A stretch of 64,000 nt of DNA from Iphione sp. A-MEVVRFRX5 (taxonomy: Eukaryota). Within the stretch, counting starts at the first letter, position 1. Each line of letters begins with the position of its first letter. The stretch covers positions 66,464,001 to 66,528,000 of the forward strand of contig OZ320319.1 of assembly GCA_976226885.1 (NCBI GenBank). Direction: 5' to 3'. Shown here piece by piece: positions 34,201-46,000 of this stretch. The notes under the pieces are model-generated. The model was not told the DNA's origin. It did not search any database and worked only from the letters and a program-made list of their open reading frames with translations. The translations under genes were made by a program, and so were the position numbers.

Positions 34201-36345
34201 CTCTTAATCGTCTCTTCAGATCGTCGTGTTCTTTCATTTTCGGTAACTCCTCCTCAGTGAGGTCACGCTCCTCCTCTGTGTACCTATGGTCGACGTCTGA
34301 ACCTTTCGTCTCTGTAAATTCTTCCGTCCTTCTCAGTTTTCCAGGTTTTGCTTTGATTTTGACTTGTGTGGTCACCTTTCCGTCTGCTAGGATACCAGCC
34401 TGGATGTGTGTGGGGAGGCTGTCAAACTCGACCTCACTAACTTTCTCCTCAGTTTCCCAGATTTCATATTCTGCCTGATACTCTACTTTAGCATGCCTCT
34501 TCCTTTCCTCATATTCTTTAAGGGTGTAGGTCTTTGTGTATTCGGTGATCTCTTCAAAATGTTCGCGGAGCTCTTCCTGATGGTACACCCAGACGGACTC
34601 ATCCTTTACGTTGCCCTTTTTCTTTTCTATTACAGCCTCCAGCGCTTCAACTGGCTCTTCCTCGGGAAGCGATTCCACCTCACCTTCCGAAACACTCAGC
34701 TCTGAAGGCTCTAGGAAAATTTCCTCTTTCTTCGTCGAAACCTCAGCCTCAACCTCTACTACTTTCTCGATCTGTGTAATCTCTTCTACCTCCTGCGTAT
34801 GTTCCGTTAATGTCTCCTCATCATGGACCCACGCTGACGCATCGGACGCCTTTCCTTCTACTTCCTTTACTTTAACTTCACTGGCACTTACACTCGCTTC
34901 TACCTCTTCTGAAATAGTCTCAAACTGTTCTGACACAAACGCCTCATGCTGAGACAAATCTCTTGTATCGACTTTCATCTCTTTTGATTCAACTACCTCT
35001 CTATATTCCTCAACCTCCTCAAAATGTTCAACGAGCGTATCTTCTTTATGGACCCAGGCTGAGCTGTCCTTTGGCTTGTCTAATTTGACCTCAGAACAGG
35101 TTTCAATCCCTTCTACAGATTCTACTTCAGGTTCACCTATACTTTCGAGAGTACCCTCTGATGCCTGCTCTGAAAGAACCTCCTGCTTTGCTGTAACCTC
35201 CTCCTTAATGTGTTCAACTCTAGTGTATTCCTCAACTTCCTGGAAATGCTCAGTAATCTCATCGTCGCTAAACACCCAGGCAGAGTCGTCTTTTGCCCTC
35301 TGTGCTGGTTTCTCCGCGACCACTTCGCTAGCATCTACAATATCTATTTCAACCTCAGTCAGCGAACCTATCGTTCCCTCGGAGGCACGTTCAGACACGA
35401 CCTCCTGTGAAGTGATAAGTTCAATCTCTCTAGTCTTTGTGACCTCTGTGAACTCTTCTACCTCTTGGAAATGTTCAGTAACTTCGTCATCACTGAAAAC
35501 CCACACCGACGCGTCTTTTGCTTTTTGCTTGGGTTTCTCAGTGACCTCTTCGCTAAGATCTACGGTCTCAATATCTAACTCATTCAACGAATGGGTTGTG
35601 CCCTCTGACACACGTTCAGACAGAACTTCGGAAGCCATCAGTTCGGCTTCAGTAGTCTCTACCTGCTCCCTGTATTCTTCTACCTCCTCAAAATGTTCAG
35701 TCACTTCATCGTCGTCAAATACCCACACAGAGGTATCCCTTGCCTGATGGATATCCTGCTTTTCAACAACTGCCTCACTAACTTCATCGGAAGCAACACT
35801 GGATAATGAACGAACCTCACCCTCAGAAGCACTACTCAGCACTTCAGGCTCTACAAAAATATCCTTTTTCAATTCAGCACCTTTCTCTTGTTCAGTTAAT
35901 TCGGGAATATCAAACGCATGGGTTTCAATTGGCACGTCGAACTGAAAAGTGACTAGATCATCAATGGGGGGACCAGACTGATGTCCTGGGATGGGAGCAT
36001 CGACAGGGGGTACTTCGTCAGGAACTATTTCGTCTTCGACGACTGGCTGCCTGTCTGGGGATGGCGACCTTGGCCTCCGTGGAGGCTCGACCTCCTCTGG
36101 AACAATCAACGGTTCATCAATGGGTGACGGAGGCCTGTCATCATCGGGAGCTTTGCCGGGGCGATAACTAGGGGCGCGAGTCTCTGGAATGATCTCTTCT
36201 TCCACAACGGGCTCACCTTTTGTCTCCGTTTTGGCTACTTGCAATGTCATCTCTGACGTGCTCAACGCCACCTCCGGCTTCTTCACCTCGACAGTTGTCT
36301 TTGTCGTGTGAGTCACGGTCTCCAACATCTCTTCGGTGATCTCCT
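28228..36345 (-). CDS. Giant 8118-bp exon (2706 codons): acidic PEVK-like region with several repeat families and a terminal Ig-I domain
   Basis: AG at 36347-36346, GTGTGT donor at 28227; phase 1-1; ends ...VREGQAARFECRF...WLFNG...TGSYTCRATDQRG. Confidence 0.85.
29340..30019 (-). repeat. Coding 138-bp (46-aa) basic repeat, 4 full copies plus 1 diverged (DVEKA..VSRAKRHSIEVQV)
   Basis: ttcaattgaatg starts at 29672, 29810 and 29948; units start at 30019 and step down to 29467. Confidence 0.92.
30175..30490 (-). repeat. Coding 156-bp (52-aa) tandem duplication (ADNISDVDLTEASESLTEVTLDT...)
   Basis: tatctg anchor at 30325 and 30481. Confidence 0.9.
34538..35737 (-). repeat. Six diverged 74-80-aa coding repeats with a DxSxWV....E..EHF.EVEEY core
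   Basis: Motif starts at 35737, 35515, 35290, 35068, 34843 and 34603 (74, 75, 74, 75, 80 aa spacing). Confidence 0.85.
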
Positions 36346-39300
36346 CTGTTGAATGAAACAGGAACATCATAATAACATGGGTGCTAAAAGACCTGAAGGG
36401 AATATGGGGATATAACCCCCAAAAATGAGAAAATAAACAATAATGTGGTAAAATAACGTAAGGGGATGAAATAAAAGGGATTAACTGATAGTCGTCTACT
36501 TATATGCAAGTTGTTTGGGAAGTAAGAACTAAACAGAAATGTTGAACTGAAATAAATTAAATAAAATAAAAACAACACCCGCATCACTGCGTCTTTCTCA
36601 CATCCAAACACACCGACTGCAACATTCTTACTGAAGATGGCTCCCGTTCCACATGGATTATCCTTCACTGAATACTTCACAGTTCGCTTGGTTTGTTTTA
36701 ATTTTAAAAAAGCGAGATATTCTCACCTGTAAGTTACAATCCTTATGATATCCATTAATCACTGGCTCATTTCCAACATGTTTGATGCTATTAACATATT
36801 CTTATTGATATGATTAATATATTATGATTGATTCGGACTATTTGATAACGATTAGTTTGAGATAATTTCAAAGTACGGGTATATATTGTATATATTACGA
36901 AGAACCTAATTATATTGTCAGCATTCGAAGACTACCGCATCTGTTATATATTTCAAGGGAGGGAAGAAGAAATGTAAACCATTCGAAGTGCATTTTGTAG
37001 GTTCCCCCGGACATCAACCGTGAGCAACGTTTCAGAGTATGTAGATACATATAGGGTGACCAAGTAAATAGTGATAAAGCAAACTCACCGGGCGGGAACA
37101 TGCAGATGAGAGGTAAGGTGCAAAATCCGAACGCAAACGGCTAGTGGAGAAAAATTGCAAATCAATAACAACACAACAAGAGAACGGTTTTTATTTCATA
37201 CCAAAATGTGTATATTAAACAGGGGAGAGGTAACAAACTGATGGCGGGGAATAATTTGCATGCGAAAATAAATGGGGCTGTGGATGAAAAAAAATGTTTT
37301 ACCACAGTGTCTATGTCACAACAAGGGCGACAGCACGAGACATAACACACACAGATGGTCCCCTCCTCAACATAGGGCACAGCGACAACAAGCGCGCCAG
37401 CTTCTGAGCTGAGTGAAAGCAGATCTGTCATAATCGAACCCGTTGTATCAATACTATGAAAATGACTAATCTACTTTTGGACCTTTTTTTTTTCTTTCGT
37501 GGTATACGTAATACCGAATCTCAGCTTGGCCACCGCTTTTAGGGAATCCTTTTCATATCTATGAATCTTCCGTGGAGAACCAGATGAGCCCCAGGCTGGA
37601 CCAGGTGTGTCTCGTGATGTCAGAAAGCACCAGTTGTGAATATTCAAATCCGTTTTAATAAGGCTTGTGAATATTCAAGAAACCTTGTCTAGAGAAAAAC
37701 TAACAAGGCACAAAATCAATTTAAAAAATGTTATTCTGAATGTGCGGTGCAATCACATACAAGGAGACCAGTTCCTAATCCCAGACTATAAATTTCAATT
37801 ATTGGGATAATTTCGATATTACCCTCTGTATATTATCAGGTTTGATTCAACATGAGAGCAGCGAAATAAAATTAAAATTAATCCACATTTCCATTGTTCC
37901 GGACTACTTTGGTTGGTTTAATAAAAGCCAATGGGACGGAAAGGATGAAATACCTTGGCAGGTATTTCTTTTGTCTGACAGTTACCAAAAGAGCAGCAGT
38001 TATAATGCGTAATTAATCAATGATAATGACAGGGGTTTGTGAGTGTAGCCTCCTAAAACAGTGGTTGCACCATGCATCAGTGGATTCAAGAAACCAGCTT
38101 CTTAATAGTTGGCAGGTCATCAAACATTGGGGGAGCAGAGGTACACCATTGTACAAAAAAGCATTGCAAAAAATGCAAAAAATTGTCACTTAAAGATACA
38201 GTGAATATCATACCGCATTTAATAAACCACAGAGAAGACGCTTAAAGTAGCAATGGTAGTAAAAGTGTGGTCACTGTAAACTTATACTATACCCTGGTTC
38301 TTTCTTCACAGGCCTCTTACAGCTCTCTGCATGTAGCTTGTGTAAGAGCAGTTAACCAAAACTCACATGGAATGAGCAAATGTATTTGATAATGACCTTA
38401 ACTCGCAAAGGACCCAAACTGATGCACTTCGATTGGTAAGAATTTCTTATTTTGTTTTCTTAATTAGAACTACGATTCTGTAAACTTTACAATTCAATCC
38501 GCTTTTATTTCTGGTAAAAGCTTGTTTGTGTACAAAGTACAGAAGTCACACAACTTGACTCTCATATTTTGGGTCTATCTTCTCCCTTTGAACGAACTGC
38601 GAAGGCAATTACTCTGCAATATTGAAATGTTACCAGCCCCTTTGTATTATAGACCTGCCAACAGATTAATCGGCGACGTTCTTGAATGGAATTCCTCCCA
38701 GAACTGCTCTGTCAAACGACAAACGTGGGCTCAACAAATGAGACATCACAATGAGATAACAAATAATGAACTGAATATAAAGGAACCCAATTCATAGAGG
38801 TGTAACGGAAGTCAATTTTCAAAAAAAAAGAAATTATGACAAATGAGCATTTCTTCTACACTAGCATGATCAGTTCCATTCAGTATATCGACTACCTCCC
38901 ACGATGCCATTCATATAAGCAGTTCTGATCTCACACAAACATGGAAATAGAGCGCGGGTGTCTCTGTTCACAATACACTGGCGCCTGCATGATGGGTTGG
39001 GCTTCTTCTACGAGTAACAGGTTGTAAGTACTCCGATTCAAAAAAAGCACCTATTCCAACAACTTCACGTCTTGTCTAACACTTGGTCTGTCCTTCTAAA
39101 GGAACATCACATATTAGTCCCAGGCTTCAAACATGTGCGCCTTTTACAGGTATACTTTTTAGTAAGTGGGGAGCGGTCGTCGGACTAATCGGAGTATCTA
39201 AATGAATGAGAACGGACTAAAAATAACGCGCTTTTTGCCCTGACGCATAACAAGTGTAGTACAAATAAAACAATGTTCAACAGAAACAATGGACAGTGTT

Positions 39301-41759
39301 CCTTATACCTGCTTTGAAAACAGAAAATAACAATGTACTAGAGCTATTGGTTCTGGCACCACAATTGGAAAATGCTTCCAAGACATGATACCCGTAAAAA
39401 CATGCTCTCGTCGTCTAAATTGTGTGACTTCTCCACAAGGGACAGTTAAAAAAGGGCCACAGGAAGGCGGGTAATGGCTATAACACAATTTAAGAAGTCT
39501 GACAAAAGACCGCCATGGTGAAACACACCAAGACGGTCACAAGAATACTTTCACGATCGGCCGTTGATGATCAAAAGAAAGGCACATTGTATTGAGAGGG
39601 TCAGTTAATTGTACCTTTAAAATCGACCAGACGGTCGTCGTAGAAAGTATCTGAAAGTTCCACCAAGTTTGGCTTTTCACTGGCTTTTTTAACAAGACTA
39701 CCCAGCTTTGTTTGTCCTTGGGGGAGATTTCTTGTTCGACAGCACGTAGAAATATGCTGTGCCAGTACCAATGAAACCTATGATGAATGCTGCTGAGGAA
39801 AAAAGTCCCTACCACTTAACTGATAGCATGCCTATTATTACTCATCAGAGCTACACCTAACAGTCTTCCTAACACCATGTACTTAATTGCAGAAATCCTA
39901 CTCCGCCTGCTACTATGCAGTATCTTACTCTGCTCTATCCTGATATTAGGAGGTCTTGCCACAGACCTTACGTAGGGTCTTACATTAGATTAAATGTGTC
40001 GGGCTTAGGAAAGGCCTATACTGTTACCACACCAGTCCATCACTCCATCCAATCTGAAACATACCATTGCCAGTCACATATGCGATGCGAAATCTCCACA
40101 TCGTAGTGGTTGCAGTGGTCTACTGCGAAATTGGACATTCCATGTTACCTGAATGTTTCATTATTTATTTTGTTGACGAGAACTACCAGATGGTAGAGTC
40201 ACCGTAGACCATAGGAACTTGCAAGCCATTACCGAGTTCTGCTTTCGTTGAAGGAATCTGATATGAAAACCTGATTTTTTTTGGTGTTTTTTTGGTATAA
40301 AAACTACAGTCGGGGGCCATCTTTGAGAAGCGGTTCACCTTGTCAGGTATCAACGGTCCTTCGCGAAAAGCATCTGACTTCAATGGGTAGCTACCATGTG
40401 CTGACATCCGTGGAGGGCAGAAAATTGCTATTATGGATGGAAATCATTCTCGAACATGCCCTGTTAGGGACTCCGCACAGCTCTGCTACATTGGACTTAA
40501 GACCTACGAGTCAGGGTCCGCGCTGAGCACTCTTCACCACTGGGCAGGTCTCCTATCCGTAAACGGGAGAATAGAAGTTATCCCAGATCTTATTCCCCCA
40601 ACAGCATTCATCAACATTACAGGAACGTTACCACACCATCAGTGCCAGGTCCAACAGCAGTGCACAAAGTGTAACCATGGTTACATGTGGGACAGATCAA
40701 GCAGGAATAAGGGGAAAGAGGTTCCATCCCAAAAAATACTGAAATAAAAAATGAACGAACAAAAGGACCTAATCTAACAATGACATGAGATTCGTGAAAA
40801 GCTGACTTATTTTGATCTTACTATTTCTAAGAGTGCTGAGGACGTCAGCTACGCCTATGGCACGCGGGACATTGTCTCAATTGGTAGTAGCACCAGAATG
40901 GGTTCCGTACTTCACATGATGCCACGATAAGCTGAGCCAGTCATGAAAACAGAATAATTGTCAGGGTTCTGTTGATCTTCATAACTAACTCACAACTTAT
41001 CGGCTGCAAAAACCACTCGCTACGTATGATGTTAAATATACTATGTCTCTCCGGTTAAAGTCACAACAGAGGTCAGGTCGAGGAATCAGTATGGTTACTT
41101 CGGTCAACTGTCTTTTTGAGCATGAACACTTTTGCTGAAACATTATAAATCTACTTTCACCAGCTTTTTACAATATGTATATCATCCTGAGGTATTACAT
41201 TCAATGGTGGCAGTGAACAAGCTGACTGAGACTAAGTAACCATCGGTCAGTATTCATTGTAGGCACACTAAACCATGAACGCGCGTTACACAGATCTGCA
41301 TTTCACCAACCACTTGTCGCTGGCCTTTTTAATCTTTGGCATGAGAAAAAATTGATGCAACTTTAACTCATATGACTCTACTCCTATGTCCATTCCATTC
41401 TTATAGACCTCGTTACATTACATGAAGTCATTTACATCACTGAATCGGGAAGTTCAACCAGCATTGCAAGTAGAGGTTGTGATTTTTGTTTTTTGTTGTT
41501 GCTGTTGCGGGTTGAGAATTCACCACGGACTAGAAGCTCTAATAACTACCACACCAGCCTGCTTCCACCACCTCGACCCCCAAAGGTGGTATTAAGTAAA
41601 AGGGTGGACTGGGGGGTCGGGGCGGCGGGCAGGCGAGCGGGCGGGCGGGGGGCGGCCTCCCCGGTGAAGGCGGGCGGACCCTCCTCTAGCAACACGGGCT
41701 AGTCAAGCACGCAGCTGCTGCATGCGCTAGGTGGAACCAGTCGGGCAGAGTGGGCTTAC

Positions 41760-41925
41760 TTTCGACGAGCAGCTCAGCGACGGTGCTGGCTACACCGCTC
41801 TCGTTGCGCGCCTCGCACATGTACTCGGCCTCGTCGGCCACGCTGACCTTGGCGATGTGCAGCATGCAGCGGCCGTCGCGGTACTCGGCGAACATGTGGT
41901 CTGTGTTCACCAGCTGCTTGCCGTC
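41760..41925 (-). CDS. Titin-like exon, C-terminal half of an Ig domain
   Basis: DGKQL...DEAEYMCEARNESG; AG at 41927-41926, GTAAG at 41759; phase 0-1. Confidence 0.88.
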
Positions 41926-42328
41926 CTGCAGAGAGGAGGCCAGTGGGACGTGAATCATCGTACATCCATAAGTATCTATAGATGACTGACTACCACAAGA
42001 CATAAGACATGCAAAAATAATAAGATTTGTCTGCATATTTGGAGGGCTCAAGCTCGAAGTGTTACGACGTATTTACCGGTATATCTACACATCATACACC
42101 ACGAGATCGGAAAAGGAAGGGAGATTAACTTCTAAATGCTCAATAAAGAGAATATGGATGTAAAAAGACCGTGTGAAATATAACAATATATTTAAGCTTT
42201 ATCAATGCATAATTTTTAATGCCTTATCCAATATATCGCAAAAATGAAACATAAGCATTACGAAATCAATTATGATCCTATCGGTCCAAAGGTGTGTAAA
42301 AGGTATCAAGTGGCAACGTTTTGATTAC

Positions 42329-42462
42329 CTGGTACCAGATGATCTCCGGCTCTGGGTGAGCAGCCACGCGGCACTCGAGCGTAACGGGCATCGACTCAAA
42401 GATTTCCTTGTGCTCCAGCATCTGCGTGAACCGCGGGGCTTCGGGCACCAGTTCGACCACTT
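42329..42462 (-). CDS. Titin-like exon, N-terminal half of an Ig domain
   Basis: APRFTQML...VTLECRVAAHPEPEIIWYQ; AG at 42464-42463, GTAATC at 42328; phase 1-0. Confidence 0.88.
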
Positions 42463-42682
42463 CTGTAAGTCAAGGTAATCATGTCTCGTTTAATGGCTTA
42501 CATTTATTTCTGCAGGAACACAGGCCACTGCACCACGGTATAAGTTGGAACGTACCATTTGCCCATGTTGTTCACTTATTTGTCCCCATCTGGCAACCCG
42601 TGCCCCCCCCCTTTTTAGCCTTTTCTTCGTGCAATTTCAGTGTTTCATTCATAGGATTCAAGTCTACAAGAGAAACACTTAC

Positions 42683-42811
42683 CTCTGAACTTCTTCTGAA
42701 GAGATATTTCAAGCTCCGCCTTTTCAGGCTCTTCTTTCTTGGGTGCTCCAACAAATGGTGCGTCGACATCCTCAATTGGTGACTCGGGTACGGATTCTGG
42801 TTGGGAGGATG
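42683..42811 (-). CDS. Titin-like small linker exon (43 codons)
   Basis: SSQPESVPESPIEDVDAPFVGAPKKEEPEKAELEISLQKKFR; AG at 42813-42812, GTAAGT at 42682; phase 1-1. Confidence 0.72.
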
Positions 42812-42879
42812 CTGGTATGAGAAAATCAATATTTTCAACATGGGAGGATATTGGTATGAGAAAGTCAATATTTTCAACA
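42802..42879. repeat. 39-bp tandem duplication spanning a splice acceptor
   Basis: tgggaggatgctggtatgagaaaatcaatattttcaaca versus tgggaggatattggtatgagaaagtcaatattttcaaca. Confidence 0.9.
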
Positions 42880-43087
42880 TATACAAGCGAAGGGAACACA
42901 AGCGACGTTTCTCATATATGCATAAGACATTGATCAAACATGAAATACAAACTTGATATATGAACACAAAAATTTTGATTTAAAAGTTACTCGTGTGCAT
43001 TTTCACTGCTTAAAAAGAATGAGTCGTCAAGACTGTTCTTTAAAAATAATAGAAAAGATGTAAAACTGACAGGCCGGGCCTACTTAC

Positions 43088-46000
43088 GCAGGACGGTGAG
43101 GTAGGCGGTGGTGACACAGGTGCCTGCCTCGTTGACTGCCTTGACGGCGTATTCTCCCTCGTCGTCGGGCAGCACGTCGGCGATGTAAAGCGTGCACACG
43201 TCCTGCTCGTAGGTGATCCGCACATCCTCCGACTCCTGGATGATACGGCCCTCCACATACCAAGTCACCGTCGGCTTGGGCACTCCCTTGACGCGGCAGA
43301 CCAGTGTGGCCCGCTCGCCGTCAGAGGCCGTGACATCGGATAGTGGCAGCTCGAAGACGGGCGCCATCAGTGACTGGGCGGGTACCCTCGGCGCCTGCGT
43401 AACTTCCGGGACGATTGTAGAGGAGCTCGGCTCGGGTTTACGGATGACGGAAATCTCCTCCGACATGAACTCCGTCACTACCTCCTGCTCCTCGGTAACC
43501 TCCTGCGCAGTGCGAACGACCTGCTCGGTTTTGATGGCTTCTTGCAGTTCTATCTGTTTGCGTGCCATCTCGGGTGAGACCTTCTCCACTGAGAATGAGA
43601 GGTTTTGTTCTGCAGCCGCCTCCACAGACATAGTAACCTTCTGCTCCTGCGTCTGGAATTTCTGCAACTCCTTCTGCGCTTGCTTAAGGCTGGCGGTCTC
43701 CTCTGTGGGTGCGACCTCGGCTTGCTCTAAAAAATGCTGCTGTTGTTCGGTGGTGGTTTCCACGGTGCGGCTGACTGATGATGGCCGCACCATGGTCTCG
43801 AGGCGGTAGCGTTCTATGACGGCCGGTTCGTACTCTGGCCTCACAATGGCAGGGATCATGATAATCTCCTTGATGTTGGCCAGGTATTCCTCGGCAATAC
43901 CTTCAGGCGAATGGCGCTCTTCGACTGGCTCGATGCGAGTCTCCGGTTTGTCGCCCTCCTTGGGTGTTCGGAGCATCACTACAACGTCCTCTTCCATGGG
44001 GATTTCTTCATCGTAACCCTCAACGTCGGCCCGGGTCGTCAGAACGTCGACCAGTTCCTCAAAGGTGCCAACCCGCGACTGAGTCGGCGAGCGAATGTCA
44101 CAGAGTTCCAGGTCGACAGCCACGTTCGATTGCATGGTAGTCTCCTGGTTGGCGTCATCTAGGTCAAGGGATTCAGTCTTCTGAGGTACCGTCACCTTCT
44201 CCTGGACTCCAACCATGGATGGGCGACGTTCTTTCTTCTGTGCCTTGTCAAGGATAACCACCACCTCTTCTGGCTTGGTTTCGGTCACTTCAAACTCAAT
44301 CTGAGCATCTTCAGTGTCTTCTATAGACTGGTGAGCCTGAAGTGTAGGAACAAGCGTCTGTGCCTTTTCTTCCACGAGGGGAGTCGCCAGGTCAACCACA
44401 ACTTCTTCGCCAGGAATTTCTGGTTCTGTTGCTTCGAAGAATATGTCTTCTTCTTCCTCTTCTGAGTGACGTTCTTCTGTATAGTCTACATGAGCAGGCC
44501 TAAGATCCTCAACTTTGGACTGCTCAAATACTTTGGTAACTTCTTCTTCGTCGGGTGCAACTGGAGATGGCATTCGGTCCAAGATGTCAGTGATGGACTC
44601 CTCACTGATTTTCTCTTCCTGAGTTTGGACGAGGCTCTCACGGGCAGCCTCCAAAACATTGCGACCAAGGTCGACTTTGACTTCTTTGCCTTCAGTGGAT
44701 GCAGGCTCTGTGCTGTCCACGAATTCTTGAGTCATTTCCTCACGGAGATCCTCGACCTGCGTCAGGACGTAGGATTCTGTCACTGGTTGAACCGATGACC
44801 TACGTAGCTCCACGCGCACCTCACTACGTGATGGTGTTTGCTCATCAGGTACAGGAGAAATTGCACCGGTTCCCTCCTCAGAAACGTCTTCTCGGACTTC
44901 ACCGACGTGAGTTTCTTCTTTAGATTTCTCAATCTCCTGTATCATTTCCACGATAATTTCCTCCTGTTGGGTCGTTTCTGTTGTAGTTTCTTCAACATGT
45001 CCTGTGATCATTTCTGGTGAAACTCTTTCTTCAACTGCTGCAACCATAGATGCAGGCTTCACTTCTGGCTGTACTTGACCAAATTCGACAGTCATTTCTT
45101 CTTGCTGGCTGATTTCTGTCAGTGTTTCTGGCAACTGGTCAGTGATAAGTTCGGGTGAAAGCCTCTCTTCTATAGCTGCTACCATGGCAGTTGGCTGAAC
45201 AGGCTGTGCATGGCCAAGGTCTACAATAATCTCATGTTGTTGTGAGACTTCTTGCACAGTGGAAAGTACTTCCTCAGTTCTTTCTTCTGGCAATGGCATT
45301 TCTTCGATGGCCTGGACCAAAGCAGTTGGCTGCTCAGGTACTGCCAGCTGGAGATCAACAATAACTTCTTTTTGCTGACTTTGCTCTTCTGTTGTGAGCT
45401 GCACAACACCTGAGATTTCTTCTGGGGTTATCTTTTCCTCAACAGCCTGAACCATAGCAGTAGTCCTCTCTGGTTGAGCTTGTCCCAACTGGACAATAAT
45501 TTCTTGTTGATTACTTGTCTCTTCAACAGTTGATGCCACTTCTTCTGTGATCTCCTCGGTTGATACCTTCTCCTCAACAGCTTGGACCATAGCAGTAGTC
45601 CTCTCTGGTTGAGCTTGTCCCAACTGGACAATAATTTCTTGCTGTTTACTTGTCTCTTCAACAGTAGAAGCAACTTCTTCTGTGATCTCTTCAGTAGATA
45701 CCTTCTCCTCAACAGCTTGAACCATAGCAGTAGTCCTCTCTGGTTGAGCTTGTCCCAACTGGACAATAATTTCTTGTTGCTTACCTGTCTCTTCAACAGT
45801 TGATGCAACTTCTTCTGTGATCTCCTCAGTTGATACCTTCTCCTCAACAGCTTGGACCATAGCAGTAGTCCTCTCTGGTTGAGCTTGTCCCAACTGGACA
45901 ATAATTTCTTGTTGCTTACTTGTCTCTTCAACAGTAGAAGCAACTTCTTCTGTGATCTCCTCGGTTGATACCTTCTCCTCAACAGCTTGGACCATAGCAG

